A DNA stretch of 64,000 nucleotides from NCBI GenBank assembly GCA_016932675.1, contig JAFGCK010000053.1, forward strand, positions 4,748 through 68,747, given 5' to 3'. This DNA comes from Methanosarcinaceae archaeon. Its GTDB lineage: Archaea > Halobacteriota > Methanosarcinia > Methanosarcinales > Methanosarcinaceae. The notes beneath the pieces are model-generated. The model saw nothing but the letters and a program-made list of their open reading frames with translations, was not told the DNA's origin and made no database searches. The number at the start of each line of letters is the position of its first letter. Positions within the stretch are counted from its first letter, which is position 1. Below are positions 11,340 to 21,158 of the stretch, in pieces. The translations under genes and the position numbers were made by a program.

Positions 11340-12146
11340 CTATTTCCTCCCCACTCCCTTGAAGAACGTATAAGCAAATGTCCCTTCCTCCCCCGCTGTT
11401 CTGTGCAGATCCCCAATCCCTCTGTTAAAGGTCTCCGCGTCGATTATTCCCATCCCAATTGCACTCTCCCTGACCCCTTCCACCATGGGGATGATGGTCC
11501 TTCTGACAAAGCCTTCCTCCATGTGAAGGCGGCTGGGATCGCTGTAGACCATGCGGGGTGAGACGGTGATGTCGGAGAAACCGGCTCTTTTGAGAAGCGG
11601 ATAGACCTGCCTGCCGATGAGCGAATTGCCGCCGAGCCTTGCCTGCACTTCTACAAGGCTGTTCCAGGCTTTCACTGCTGCCTCGGTCCCGGGGTGGAAG
11701 AAGCATGAGCCGTGGTCGCCTTCGATGACCGTGATCGTGCCACCTGTCCTGAGCACCCGGCGCAGGCTGGCCAGGGCTTTGACAGGCTCCATGAGGTGTT
11801 CGAGCACGAAGCAGACGAATACATGGTCAAAGCTTTCATTCCCGAAGGGCAGGTAGAATATATTCTCCAAGCGGAACTCCACGTTTGTGATCCCCTCTCC
11901 GGCGGTACGGTCCCTGGCCAGGTTCAGGGAGTCCTCCGATATGTCAATGGACGTGATCTGCGCCTGCGGGCTGTTCTTTGACAGGATCACCGTCTGGGCC
12001 CCGATGCCGCATCCGGCTTCAAGTACTGTGCTGCCGGGAGGATATTTAGTGTCGCTGTGCAGGAGTTCTTCCAGCGTGTTTGCCTAGTCGCCGAGGCGGG
12101 CGGATTCCCTTTCAGAGTAGCCGTGGACGTATTCGTGGGAGGCCAT
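11340..12146 (-). CDS. Class I SAM-dependent methyltransferase with in-frame TAG at codon 21 (Pyl readthrough or nonsense allele)
   Basis: ATG at 12146 gives MASHEYVHGYSERESARLGD*ANTLEELLHSDTKYPPGSTVLEAGCGIGAQT, in frame with track ORF 11340-11990. SAM motif I lies upstream of the track start and downstream of the TAG (12084-12086). Confidence 0.85.
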
Positions 12147-12371
12147 GATGGGATATTGTCGGAATGTATATAAAAATACAGGCCTTTCCACGGATCAGGT
12201 ATTCTGTCCGTGGTTGAGTGAATACATCCGGATCATTTTATCCCGGGAGGGTAAAGGGTTCTTTCCACCTGTGTGAAATACACATTTCAGGGAAACAGTA
12301 AAGTATCCCATTCAAAAATAGCCTATACATACTCATGCCAGAACCCCTGTTCATCTGGTAATGGAGAATCC

Positions 12372-13352
12372 ATGAAAGCAGAAACCAAAGCACAACTCAT
12401 ATCCACAGGTTCCGTAGACATGGAGCCTTCTCTCATACATCATCTGACCATCCCGACAGCAGGTCCGGGGGCAGGGAACATAGCCTTCTTTTTTAGCTCA
12501 GGAGGCCACCGTGTACGTCTGGCCGTTAAAAAAGGATCACCATTGAAGGCAGGGATGGAAGGCGGGGACCTCGTGATAAGAAAAGAGGGCATCGAGGTCG
12601 CAAGGGGCCGCATCGAAGAGGAGCTCATCCACTGTCCTGATCAGGCTTTTATCACCATGTGTGAGCAATGCATCTATGACTGCAAGTTCTGTCCGGTCCC
12701 AAAGCTCGGGGGAAAGGTCAAGACCATGGACGAGATGCTCGGCATGATCGAAAAGGCCAGCAGCACAGGAAAGATGCTGGCCATTTCCATCACATCGGGT
12801 GTTGAGGTTTCCGCCGAAGGGGAGGTTGACAGGGCCGAGGAACTTATCCGCAGGCTCAGGGAGATCTACTCCGTTCCCATCGGCGTTTCCGTATATCCCA
12901 CTGAGAATTCCACCTCCAGACTCAAAAGTGCAGGTGCCGATGAGCTGAAGTATAATGTAGAGACCATGGACAGGCCTCTTCATGAAAAGCTCTGCCCCAA
13001 TCAGGATCTCGAATTCATCCTTGGTGCACTGAAACAGGGAGTTGAGGTATTCGGCAGGAACAAGGTCTGCTCCAATTTCATAATAGGCCTTGGTGAATCC
13101 GACGAATCCGTAAAGAGGGGTATAGAAGAACTGGTCCGGATAGGCGTGGTACCTATCATCAGGGCGGCTGCAAAACATCCCTTAAGAGAAGGCGAGCTTA
13201 GCATCGAACGTCCTTCAGCCGAAAGGCTGCTTATGCTTAACCGTTTCCTTCGTGAAAAACTGGATGAATACGGGCTGCGTGCGGATACTTTCAGGACCAT
13301 GTGCCTCCCATGTACGGGGTGTGACATCAATCCGCATTCCGATCTGGAGTAG
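12372..13352 (+). CDS. Radical SAM protein, biotin-synthase-like (COG2516-like)
   Basis: CIYDCKFC (CxxxCxxC), YNVET, C-terminal CLPCTGC; ATG 12372 preferred over track start 12273. Confidence 0.85.
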   Translation: MKAETKAQLISTGSVDMEPSLIHHLTIPTAGPGAGNIAFFFSSGGHRVRLAVKKGSPLKAGMEGGDLVIRKEGIEVARGRIEEELIHCPDQAFITMCEQCIYDCKFCPVPKLGGKVKTMDEMLGMIEKASSTGKMLAISITSGVEVSAEGEVDRAEELIRRLREIYSVPIGVSVYPTENSTSRLKSAGADELKYNVETMDRPLHEKLCPNQDLEFILGALKQGVEVFGRNKVCSNFIIGLGESDESVKRGIEELVRIGVVPIIRAAAKHPLREGELSIERPSAERLLMLNRFLREKLDEYGLRADTFRTMCLPCTGCDINPHSDLE

Positions 13353-13397
13353 CAGGATCAGGTCCGTGATCTGTTCTGTCCTTGCAGGTTTAAGGAT

Positions 13398-13949
13398 CTA
13401 CGCCTGACACGTTATCTCTTCTCTCAGGATCGCATAGATGCAACTGTCCTGCACAACACCATCCTTGATTATGCTGTTCTTCAGGACTCCTTCCTGCCTG
13501 AACCCTGCCTTTTCAAGTACTCTCCTGGAGGCTGTATTACTGGCAAAAGGTTCTGCATAGATCCTGACTATTCCGAAGTTCTCGAAAATGTATTGTATCA
13601 TGCATTTCACCACGTTTGTCATTATCCCCCTTCCCCAGTACTCCTCTGCAAGGAAATAGCCTATCTCCATATTCTTGCGGTGGACATCATCTTTGGGATA
13701 TGTTCCGACACTCCCGACAAGAACCCCGTCTATATCAATTGCAAACCCTACAAAATTGACTTCTGACTGTCTGGCAAGATAAATGAATCCCTTTGCGTCA
13801 TCGATGGAATAAGGATAGGGAAACCCATCCCTCAGACAATTGGATACCTTCTTATTGTTTGCAATGATGGCGAGTCTTTCAGCGTCCTCGTCCTTCCATG
13901 GCCTTAGTGTGAACTCATCAGTTTCTATGACCATTTCCCTTTTTTCCAT
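13398..13949 (-). CDS. GNAT acetyltransferase, RimJ/RimL type
   Basis: 183 aa; EIGYFLAEEYWGRGIMT, NTASRRVLEKAGF. Confidence 0.9.
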   Translation of the reverse strand: MEKREMVIETDEFTLRPWKDEDAERLAIIANNKKVSNCLRDGFPYPYSIDDAKGFIYLARQSEVNFVGFAIDIDGVLVGSVGTYPKDDVHRKNMEIGYFLAEEYWGRGIMTNVVKCMIQYIFENFGIVRIYAEPFASNTASRRVLEKAGFRQEGVLKNSIIKDGVVQDSCIYAILREEITCQA

Positions 13950-13989
13950 AAGGGTCCTAATTTGAAGGCCTCAAATAAGAAATTAACTA

Positions 13990-14223
13990 TCAATGCAGTC
14001 CTTTTTCAAAAATTCCCGGCCATACGGAAGCAGAGACTATCATGCTGAGCACAAAAACAAAGACCATGCCTGCGACGATATCCACCGGGCTGTACAGGGG
14101 CACTGTTCTAGAACTATTAACAGCCAGGGAAAGGATCACAAAAATGATAGCTATCAGGAGGGACGAAGCCAGGCTTGCTATCAGGGCATACCTGCCTTTT
14201 CTACTTGTGTCCTGTCCATCCAT
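13990..14223 (-). CDS. Small two-TM membrane protein downstream of copA
   Basis: 77 aa with two hydrophobic stretches; co-oriented 25 nt after the copA stop. Confidence 0.65.
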   Translation of the reverse strand: MDGQDTSRKGRYALIASLASSLLIAIIFVILSLAVNSSRTVPLYSPVDIVAGMVFVFVLSMIVSASVWPGIFEKGLH

Positions 14224-14248
14224 AATATCAGAGCCCCTTGATTCTCTT

Positions 14249-17020
14249 TTATTTTATGTTCTTCCTTTTCATCAGCAGTGAATTCGTAGTGACAGACACG
14301 GAACTCATTGCCATGAAGGCTGCGGCAAGTGCAGGTGTGATCAGTATCGTGTGTACGAAGGGATAAAGCATGCCGGCTGCAATCGGGATCCCGATGCTGT
14401 TGTATCCGAAGGCCCAGAAGAGATTCTGCCTGATCTTGTTCATGGTCAGCCTGCTCAGCCTGATGGCAGCGATCACATCCCTCAGGTCGTTCCTGATAAG
14501 TACTATCTGCGCGGATTCCATAGCGATGTCGGTTCCTGCCCCCATGGCGATACCAATATCGGCCTGTGTAAGTGCAGGAGCATCGTTGATCCCGTCTCCC
14601 ACCATGGCAACTACGCGTCCTTCGTCCTGGAGCTTGAGGACCTCTGCAGCCTTATCTTCAGGAAGCACTTCGGCCAGTACCTTTTTGATGCCGATGCTGT
14701 CTGCAATGGCATCTGCTGTCCTGCGGTTGTCACCCGTGATCATCACGACCTCGATACCCATGTCGCGTATCCTCTCCACAGCTTCTTTGGAGTTTTCCTT
14801 GAGGGTATCCGCAACTGCAACAATCCCGATGACACTGTCATCCTTAGTAATTATCATTGCTGTCTTGCCAAGTGCCTCGAGTTTCTCCATTGTCTTCTCT
14901 GCGGAGGATATGTCAATATTGCTATCTACCGCAAGCCTTCTTGTCCCAAGCAGTATCCTGCTGCCTTCTACATTTGCTTCAACACCTTTTCCGGCAATTG
15001 ACCTGAACCCTTCAGAATCGACCATTGCAAGTTTTCGTTCTTCTGCGCCTTTGACAATGGCTTCTCCAAGCGGATGCTCGGAACCTTTCTCGGCACTTGC
15101 AGCAATTGCAAGCACTTCTTCTTCCCTGAGTCCTGCAAACGGGATTACATCGGTAAGCTCAGGTTCACCTTTTGTCAGGGTTCCTGTCTTATCGAAGACT
15201 ATAGTGTCTATTTTCAGTGTCCTCTCAAGTGCTTCCCCGCCCTTGATGAGTATACCGTTCTCAGCACCCTTGCCGGTACCTACCATGATGGCTGCTGGGG
15301 TGGCAAGGCCAACGGCACATGGACAGGATATGACAAGCACGGTAATGGATATCAGCAGTGCGAACAGGAACGGGCTGAATATCCCTGAATTAACTGGAAC
15401 ATCATATCTCTCGAATCCTATGAAGTACCAGAAGAAGAAAGCAAGCAGTGCCAGTACGTGTACTACAAGGATGAAGTGGCCTGCAACTACATCAGCGATC
15501 CTCTGTATGGGTGCCCTGGAGTTCTGGGCGTTCTCCACAAGTTCGATGATCCTTGCAAGGGCGGTATCTGCACCCACGTTGGTAGCCCTGAATTTCAGTG
15601 CTCCGCTCCTGTTCAGCGTTGAACCTATCACTTCATCACCTTTTGATTTCTCCACAGGTATGCTCTCTCCGGTGATCGTGGATTCATCGACTGCAGAGGC
15701 GCCTTCAACAACTATCCCGTCCACGGCTATCTTCTCGCCGGGCCTGACAAATACAATATCCCCAACTTCCACATCCTCCACAGGTACTTCCTTTTCCTGT
15801 CCGTTCTCGATGATACGTGCGGTCTTTGCCTGCAGGCCGATAAGTTTCTTTATGGATTCGGAAGTCCTGCCCTTTGCACGGGCTTCCAGGTATCGTCCCA
15901 GTATTATGAAAGTGATGAGCATTACCGCAGTATCGTAGTAGAGGTGCTCGTAGCCAGGCCCCAGGTCAAGGTAGCTGGATGCAACGCTTATGACATAGGC
16001 AGCCCCGGTACCCGTGGCTATGAGCAGGTTCATGTCTGTCACACCATGCCGAAGCCCGCGATATGTTCCGATGAAGAATTGCCTTCCAGGGAAAGCTATG
16101 GCCATTGTTGCCAGCAGGAAAAGAAGGTTCTTATCTGTAAGAAAATCCGGTACGATCCAGAGAAGTTCCGGTAATCCGCCCTTCATACTCCCGAGCATTA
16201 CAGGTATCGCAATGGCAGCTGAAATTAGGAGATTGTTCCTCTGGCGGCGTACCTCTTCTTCTCTCTCCCTTTTTTCCCTGTCCTCTGTTATCTGTCTGTT
16301 AGCAGGCAGCGAGGCTGAATATCCAATACTTTCAATGGCAGCTATCATCTGCTCTACGCAGACCAGCGAAGAGTTATACTCTATACGTGCCTTGCCGGCC
16401 GGAAAATTCACGCTGACGGAGCTTACGCCGTCCAGTCTTTTCAGCACCTTCTCCACATTCATCGCACATGATGCACAGCTCATTCCACCCACGTCAAGGG
16501 TGATCCAGTCCCTGACAATATGGTACCCGATGGACTCGATAGCCTCTTCAAGCTTCTCACGGCCGACCACAGCAGGTTCATATCTGACAGCTGCCTTTTC
16601 TGTGGCCAGGTTCACATTGGCTGATACTACACCTGCCTGCTTTTTCAGTATCTTTTCCACGTTCTGTGCGCAGGAAGCACATGTCATCCCGGATACCCTG
16701 AAAACGATGTCCTCCGCTTGACCAGGTTCTGGCTTTGAGGTCTCTGCGAGATTTTCGTAATGGACAACCGGGCATGCCTGCTGTTCATCGGTATCGGCAG
16801 GCAGAACACATTCTTCTTCACCTGCCTCATATCCTGCATTGACAACAGCCTGCTTTATCTCTTCAGGTCCTGTTGTTTCAGGATCGAACTCAACAGTCGC
16901 ACTTTCATCCTCCAGGTCGACCTCCACAGAGGACACCCCGTCCAGAGCTGATATTGCATCTGTCACACGCCTGTGACAGTGCATGCATGTCATGCCGTAT
17001 ACTTTGATCGTGGTCTGCAT
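14249..17020 (-). CDS. copA: Cu(I)-translocating P1B-type ATPase with three N-terminal HMA domains
   Basis: 923 aa; GMTCMHC, GMTCASC, GMSCASC, TGES, CPC, DKTGT, GDGIND, YN and MxxSS. Confidence 0.95.
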   Translation of the reverse strand: MQTTIKVYGMTCMHCHRRVTDAISALDGVSSVEVDLEDESATVEFDPETTGPEEIKQAVVNAGYEAGEEECVLPADTDEQQACPVVHYENLAETSKPEPGQAEDIVFRVSGMTCASCAQNVEKILKKQAGVVSANVNLATEKAAVRYEPAVVGREKLEEAIESIGYHIVRDWITLDVGGMSCASCAMNVEKVLKRLDGVSSVSVNFPAGKARIEYNSSLVCVEQMIAAIESIGYSASLPANRQITEDREKREREEEVRRQRNNLLISAAIAIPVMLGSMKGGLPELLWIVPDFLTDKNLLFLLATMAIAFPGRQFFIGTYRGLRHGVTDMNLLIATGTGAAYVISVASSYLDLGPGYEHLYYDTAVMLITFIILGRYLEARAKGRTSESIKKLIGLQAKTARIIENGQEKEVPVEDVEVGDIVFVRPGEKIAVDGIVVEGASAVDESTITGESIPVEKSKGDEVIGSTLNRSGALKFRATNVGADTALARIIELVENAQNSRAPIQRIADVVAGHFILVVHVLALLAFFFWYFIGFERYDVPVNSGIFSPFLFALLISITVLVISCPCAVGLATPAAIMVGTGKGAENGILIKGGEALERTLKIDTIVFDKTGTLTKGEPELTDVIPFAGLREEEVLAIAASAEKGSEHPLGEAIVKGAEERKLAMVDSEGFRSIAGKGVEANVEGSRILLGTRRLAVDSNIDISSAEKTMEKLEALGKTAMIITKDDSVIGIVAVADTLKENSKEAVERIRDMGIEVVMITGDNRRTADAIADSIGIKKVLAEVLPEDKAAEVLKLQDEGRVVAMVGDGINDAPALTQADIGIAMGAGTDIAMESAQIVLIRNDLRDVIAAIRLSRLTMNKIRQNLFWAFGYNSIGIPIAAGMLYPFVHTILITPALAAAFMAMSSVSVTTNSLLMKRKNIK

Positions 17021-17052
17021 GTTCTGTATTCAGGAGCTTTGTATCGTACTGA

Positions 17053-17268
17053 TCATGCCTGATCAATGACCTTATAGCCTGCTTCTGCAACTGCCGATAT
17101 GATCGTGTCCAGGTCGGTCGATCCAGGATCATATACCACCCGGGCCTGTTCTTCCTGCAGATCTACACTAACTTCCTGAACACCTTTTACAGATCTTATC
17201 GCTTTATCTACCGTTGCCCGGCAGTGTTCACACATCATCCCTTCGATTTTTAGAGATACTTCGGCCAT
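17053..17268 (-). CDS. copZ: Copper chaperone (HMA domain)
   Basis: MAEVSLKIEGMMCEHC; directly upstream of copA; ATG 17268 preferred over track start 17322. Confidence 0.88.
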   Translation of the reverse strand: MAEVSLKIEGMMCEHCRATVDKAIRSVKGVQEVSVDLQEEQARVVYDPGSTDLDTIISAVAEAGYKVIDQA

Positions 17269-17374
17269 ATTGAAACTCTCCTTTGCATGATCCTTTTTTT
17301 GTAGTGTTTGTGTGAAGTACATGTTTACATATATGATGTCTGTTAACGCTGTTAATTGGGTGCCGGGAATATAT

Positions 17375-18397
17375 CTAGCTTACCCTTACCTGCTGCTCTA
17401 TCACTTCCTTCCATTTTGGGATATCATCTACTTCAATACGGTGCTTGCTGATCCCGTTGGAGGACTCTGTGATCACGAGTCTGTCCTTTTTAAGGAAACC
17501 CCCTTCAAGCCCGATCTCTACGATCTTCGAAAGGATGACCTCTTTCATGTCTCCGTTCCCAATATCGATCTGTGCCAGTCTCTTGTTTGTCAGGATGGTC
17601 ATGGAAGAGTTCTTTCTGGACGACAGGATAAGATGTTCCCCGCGGATATATGCAGGCCTGAGGCTTTCGACCATCCCGGCAATCCTGTCTTTACCTTTAG
17701 CTGAGAAGGGATATACTGTCAGTTTCTTCTGGCCTGCTATCAGGAAAAGGTACCGTCTTTCAACATGCATGCCGACCAGGTCCCTGAACCCGATGCGCAG
17801 CCAGAAATCCTCTTTCCCTGAGAGAAAGCCATTGCTCTTTTTTTTGAAAAAGAGGTTCTTGTTCGTTATCACCAGTGTAAGCCTTTCTTTCCCAAGGTTC
17901 ACAGGCTCTTTTGCAAGGACCTCTTCACCTTTCCTGAGAATGGTAGATGCCCCGGGATCCCTGATATCCTCATCTGAGCTTTCTGTGTGCAGGGTGCCTT
18001 TGGTCTCTACGGGCAGGTAATGGTTCAGCATTTCAGCAAGCATGTTCCCGTCTATGAGCTTAACGTTATGTCCGGCAGCTTCCTCGTGTGCCTCCCTGGT
18101 AAAATCTGATGTAGTGGCAATGATCACGCCATCAACCCCGTCCCGGTATCTCAGGCTGCTGTACTCGCGGACGGCTTTGACTCCCACGGGTTCAGTGTAC
18201 CTTTTAGCCTGTACTATCCATCTGTGCGAGAGCCCGAAATGTTCTATTCTGACAATGAGGTCTATGCCCCGGTCATGGGAGAGTTGCGTTTCCTCGACGA
18301 TATACCCCATCTTCCTGAAAAGTTGTGCCAGGAGTTTTTCAAAATCATATGGCTCAATTTCCTGGAGATGCCCGGGCGACCATCCATCCATTATCAT
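17375..18397 (-). CDS. Mrr-like restriction endonuclease domain fused to a repeated C-terminal beta-rich (PH-like) region
   Basis: 340 aa; EPYDFEKLLAQLFRKMGY, DRGIDL, IVQAKRY (Mrr_cat pattern). C-terminal half has two similar segments (GEEVL..LVITNKNL / GEHLI..TILTNKRL). Confidence 0.8.
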   Translation of the reverse strand: MIMDGWSPGHLQEIEPYDFEKLLAQLFRKMGYIVEETQLSHDRGIDLIVRIEHFGLSHRWIVQAKRYTEPVGVKAVREYSSLRYRDGVDGVIIATTSDFTREAHEEAAGHNVKLIDGNMLAEMLNHYLPVETKGTLHTESSDEDIRDPGASTILRKGEEVLAKEPVNLGKERLTLVITNKNLFFKKKSNGFLSGKEDFWLRIGFRDLVGMHVERRYLFLIAGQKKLTVYPFSAKGKDRIAGMVESLRPAYIRGEHLILSSRKNSSMTILTNKRLAQIDIGNGDMKEVILSKIVEIGLEGGFLKKDRLVITESSNGISKHRIEVDDIPKWKEVIEQQVRVS

Positions 18398-18582
18398 TCA
18401 TCCACTGTGTAGGAAAGCCCGCATTCAGGGCAGGAATAGGTAGATGTCCTGATGCCGTTTTTGCTTAAGTTGACTGTCCGTTGCATCCATGCGCCACAGG
18501 TGATGCATTTCTGGTCGAAGATGGTCCTGTCCGTATTGGAATCCGGTTTTTCGTTCATGTCTGACATTCTACCACTCATCAA
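18394..18582 (-). CDS. Small zinc-ribbon protein
   Basis: 62 aa; CITC...CPECG; ATGA overlap with the Mrr-like gene. Confidence 0.7.
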   Translation of the reverse strand: MMSGRMSDMNEKPDSNTDRTIFDQKCITCGAWMQRTVNLSKNGIRTSTYSCPECGLSYTVDE

Positions 18583-18849
18583 AGCACTCTGATATTCTTC
18601 TGTATTATTGATTATCTTACTAATTATTATTGTTCAGCTATTTATCCATGGATGTCCCTTCTGTCATTACCCTGATATCAAATGCAGTTATCTCATATGG
18701 TTGTGCATGATTAGTGAACAACCATGCAAAAGGTTAAATGTATTGAAGGGTAAACAGATTCAAGAATATTGCAAATATTTATCAGACCAATGTCACATAA
18801 CAAAATATCTGTTGATGCAGTTAATATTGTTTTCAGACGGGTGAACATT

Positions 18850-19242
18850 ATGGATGAACTGGAATCTATCAGACAGAGAAAAATGGAAGAATTGAAAAGG
18901 ACCATCAGGGAGCGCCAGTTTCCTGCAGCTCCTATTGTCCTGACAGACGCTGATCTTGATCAGTCGGTCTCTAAATATCCACTGGTCGTTGTGGATTGCT
19001 GGGCGCAGTGGTGTGGTCCCTGCAGGATGCTTTCCCCGCTGATCGATGAACTTGCCGCTGAATTTCAGGGCAGGATCGTCTTTGGCAAACTCAACGTTGA
19101 TGATAATAAAATGACAGCTATCACTTTTGGCATAACCAGCATACCTGCAATGCTCGTGTTCAGGGACGGCAAGCTGGTTGACCGTATAATAGGTGCAGTT
19201 CCCAAACAGAGGATAATCGAGAGACTTCAACCCTTTATGTGA
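18850..19242 (+). CDS. trxA: Thioredoxin
   Basis: WCGPC active site; ATG 18850 gives MDELESIRQRKMEEL. Confidence 0.92.
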   Translation: MDELESIRQRKMEELKRTIRERQFPAAPIVLTDADLDQSVSKYPLVVVDCWAQWCGPCRMLSPLIDELAAEFQGRIVFGKLNVDDNKMTAITFGITSIPAMLVFRDGKLVDRIIGAVPKQRIIERLQPFM

Positions 19243-19251
19243 GGCTTATAT

Positions 19252-20676
19252 ATGAAACCCAGGATCACAAAAAGCCCTTCAGTCCGTTTGCTGGACCTTA
19301 AGTCCAAGCCTTATTTCATCGTTGCTTCAGTGGAAGTGGGCAATTCAACCACCAAATGTATTCTGACCGCAACAAACCTTGAGGACGGCAAAACGAGGCT
19401 TGTAACAAAGACTGTTGGCATGACAAGAGATGTAAGACCACCAAGGGAAGGTGAAGAGGTATTCGGCAGAACACTTACAGGGGTGGAACTTACACGGCAG
19501 TCAGTAGCTGAACTTGTGCGGGACACTCTGATAGGTGCTGTGAAAAAAGCAAATCTCGATATCAAGGAGGATATACACTTTGTCGTAAGGTCCACCGGAG
19601 TAGTTGCAGGTTTCGATTCGCCCGATGAGGTGGGGGAGTTCGTGAAAGCCCTGGCAGACGGCTGTCTCATGGCCGGCGTGCCGCCAAAGCGTATGACGGC
19701 CCCGATGTCGATATACAATATCCCCGAGAAGTTCCGCAAGTACAGCAAGATCGAACAGGTGGTATTCGACGGTGCAGTTGCAAGCGTAACGCCACCAACA
19801 GGTGCAAGCGGAGTGGAGATCGTTGCCAATGAGATGGAAGGCGAGCTGGCAACTGCAGGTATCAAGGAAGGTTCCAAATGGGTTGATGTGGATTTCCGTA
19901 ATCCGTGTATCTCCATGGACTTTGGTACGACCCTTGATGGCAGGATAATCAGCCCGGACCTTCCCTATGCAAAGACCATCGGCAACTTCTGCGGTTTCGC
20001 CGGAGCGATCCCTGATGCTATTATCCAGGGGACCAGACTGGTGGATCCAAAAAAAGGTACAGCTCTTGATGTGGCGGGGAATATCTCGCTCGGCATGATC
20101 GCTTACAAGCTCAAGGAGAAGGCCATAAAGGAATATGCCGGCCGGCTAAACGAATACATCCTTGTAGAGAAGGTTCCGGCGGGTCGCAAAAGATACGGCA
20201 GTGTGCCGGTAAACACCGAAGCAGCAGATGAGATAGGAGTTGTCCTTATAGGCTGTGATGTAGGAAACAATGGTACTGACCTGGGTAAACTTTCTGAGAT
20301 CGGGGCTGAGGTATATGAGAAGCATGGTCTAAAAGTGCTCTTTGCAGTGATAGATGAGGTCATGGCAAGGGTGGTGCAGCGCCTTGTGAAGGTAGCCCGG
20401 GATGAAGGTCTTGTATTCGAGGACACTGCCATCGGTGTTACCGGCAGGGCCGGGATCACCGGGAACAAGCCAAAGCTGATCTTGAAATACCTGCATGAAC
20501 TTGGCATCAATAATAAGATCGAAGAGAATGTCGTTTTCGTGGATGACGGCCTGGCACGCGGCGCTGCTGTTATGGCAAGGTGCATGAATTCCCTTGGTAA
20601 CACATTCAATCCTCTGGGTGGCCACAGGGGTGGGAAATGCATATTAGGGCAACGTATGAAACTGCAAAAAAGGTAA
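19252..20676 (+). CDS. Methanogenesis marker 14 protein
   Basis: 474 aa; IVASVEVGNSTTKC, VRSTGVVAGF, MDFGTTLDG, DDGLARGAAVMARCMNSLG. Confidence 0.88.
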   Translation: MKPRITKSPSVRLLDLKSKPYFIVASVEVGNSTTKCILTATNLEDGKTRLVTKTVGMTRDVRPPREGEEVFGRTLTGVELTRQSVAELVRDTLIGAVKKANLDIKEDIHFVVRSTGVVAGFDSPDEVGEFVKALADGCLMAGVPPKRMTAPMSIYNIPEKFRKYSKIEQVVFDGAVASVTPPTGASGVEIVANEMEGELATAGIKEGSKWVDVDFRNPCISMDFGTTLDGRIISPDLPYAKTIGNFCGFAGAIPDAIIQGTRLVDPKKGTALDVAGNISLGMIAYKLKEKAIKEYAGRLNEYILVEKVPAGRKRYGSVPVNTEAADEIGVVLIGCDVGNNGTDLGKLSEIGAEVYEKHGLKVLFAVIDEVMARVVQRLVKVARDEGLVFEDTAIGVTGRAGITGNKPKLILKYLHELGINNKIEENVVFVDDGLARGAAVMARCMNSLGNTFNPLGGHRGGKCILGQRMKLQKR

Positions 20677-20730
20677 AACCTGAAAGATGAGTAAAGGCGG
20701 GGAATTTCCTGCCGCAAGATCCCATAAACT

Positions 20731-20749
20731 AAAAAAGACCCGTTCTTTT
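20731..20749. terminator. Short hairpin with A/T tracts between convergent genes (possibly bidirectional)
   Basis: AAAAAAGACCCGTTCTTTT: AAAAGA/TCTTTT inverted repeat, U-tract on each strand. Confidence 0.5.
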
Positions 20750-20754
20750 GTATT

Positions 20755-20856
20755 TCAGAACCTGTTCCTCTTTTCTCTTCTTTTCATTTCTTTCTGGAAC
20801 TCTATCTCGTGCTTTCTCATTACTCTCTTATGTCTGTCAGCTTTCGGATCTTTCAC
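20755..20856 (-). CDS. Putative 33-aa basic small protein MKDPKADRHKRVMRKHEIEFQKEMKRREKRNRF
   Basis: GTG start 5 nt after GAGGTG (SD-like), TGA at 20755-20757, downstream U-tract, upstream BRE/TATA-like element; absent from ORF track. Confidence 0.55.
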   Translation of the reverse strand: MKDPKADRHKRVMRKHEIEFQKEMKRREKRNRF

Positions 20857-20992
20857 AATTGCACCTCTTATGGGCCACGAAAGGAACAAGTGTTCAACTA
20901 CTTACAGATAAAACATTCAAAACACACAATACTGACTTTTTTCCAGTCTCAACCTCAACGATTTTCACTAAATCCATCTTAGTAGAATAGTC

Positions 20993-21008
20993 TTTTAAAC
21001 TTTTTGTT
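20993..21008 (-). promoter_or_regulatory. BRE/TATA-like element upstream of the small basic ORF
   Basis: Minus strand AACAAAAAGTTTAAAA. Confidence 0.4.
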
Positions 21009-21158
21009 CTAATTACACTTAAGAACTATGACCCTATAAAGAAACAAACAATTCCAGGGATCTTCGTTCTGAGACCATTGAATAAGATTTATAATGTAAG
21101 GATACACCTGTTTTTTCAGCCAGAGCTTATGAAGGCGTTTGAAGCCAATCCAATGACC

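Noticed and set aside
13350-13352. Other TAG stops (radical SAM, GNAT, response regulator, 42-aa zinc finger, permease 55414) as Pyl sites
   Set aside because: Each protein is complete at the TAG; readthrough runs into an early stop, an antisense gene, or is out of frame with the next gene
14370-15938. 522-aa plus-strand ORF and other long antisense ORFs (e.g. 162-929, 10495-11178, 50655-51260)
   Set aside because: Antisense shadows of well-supported genes (copA, gatB, AKR, ABC ATPase), with Ser-rich non-natural composition and no motifs
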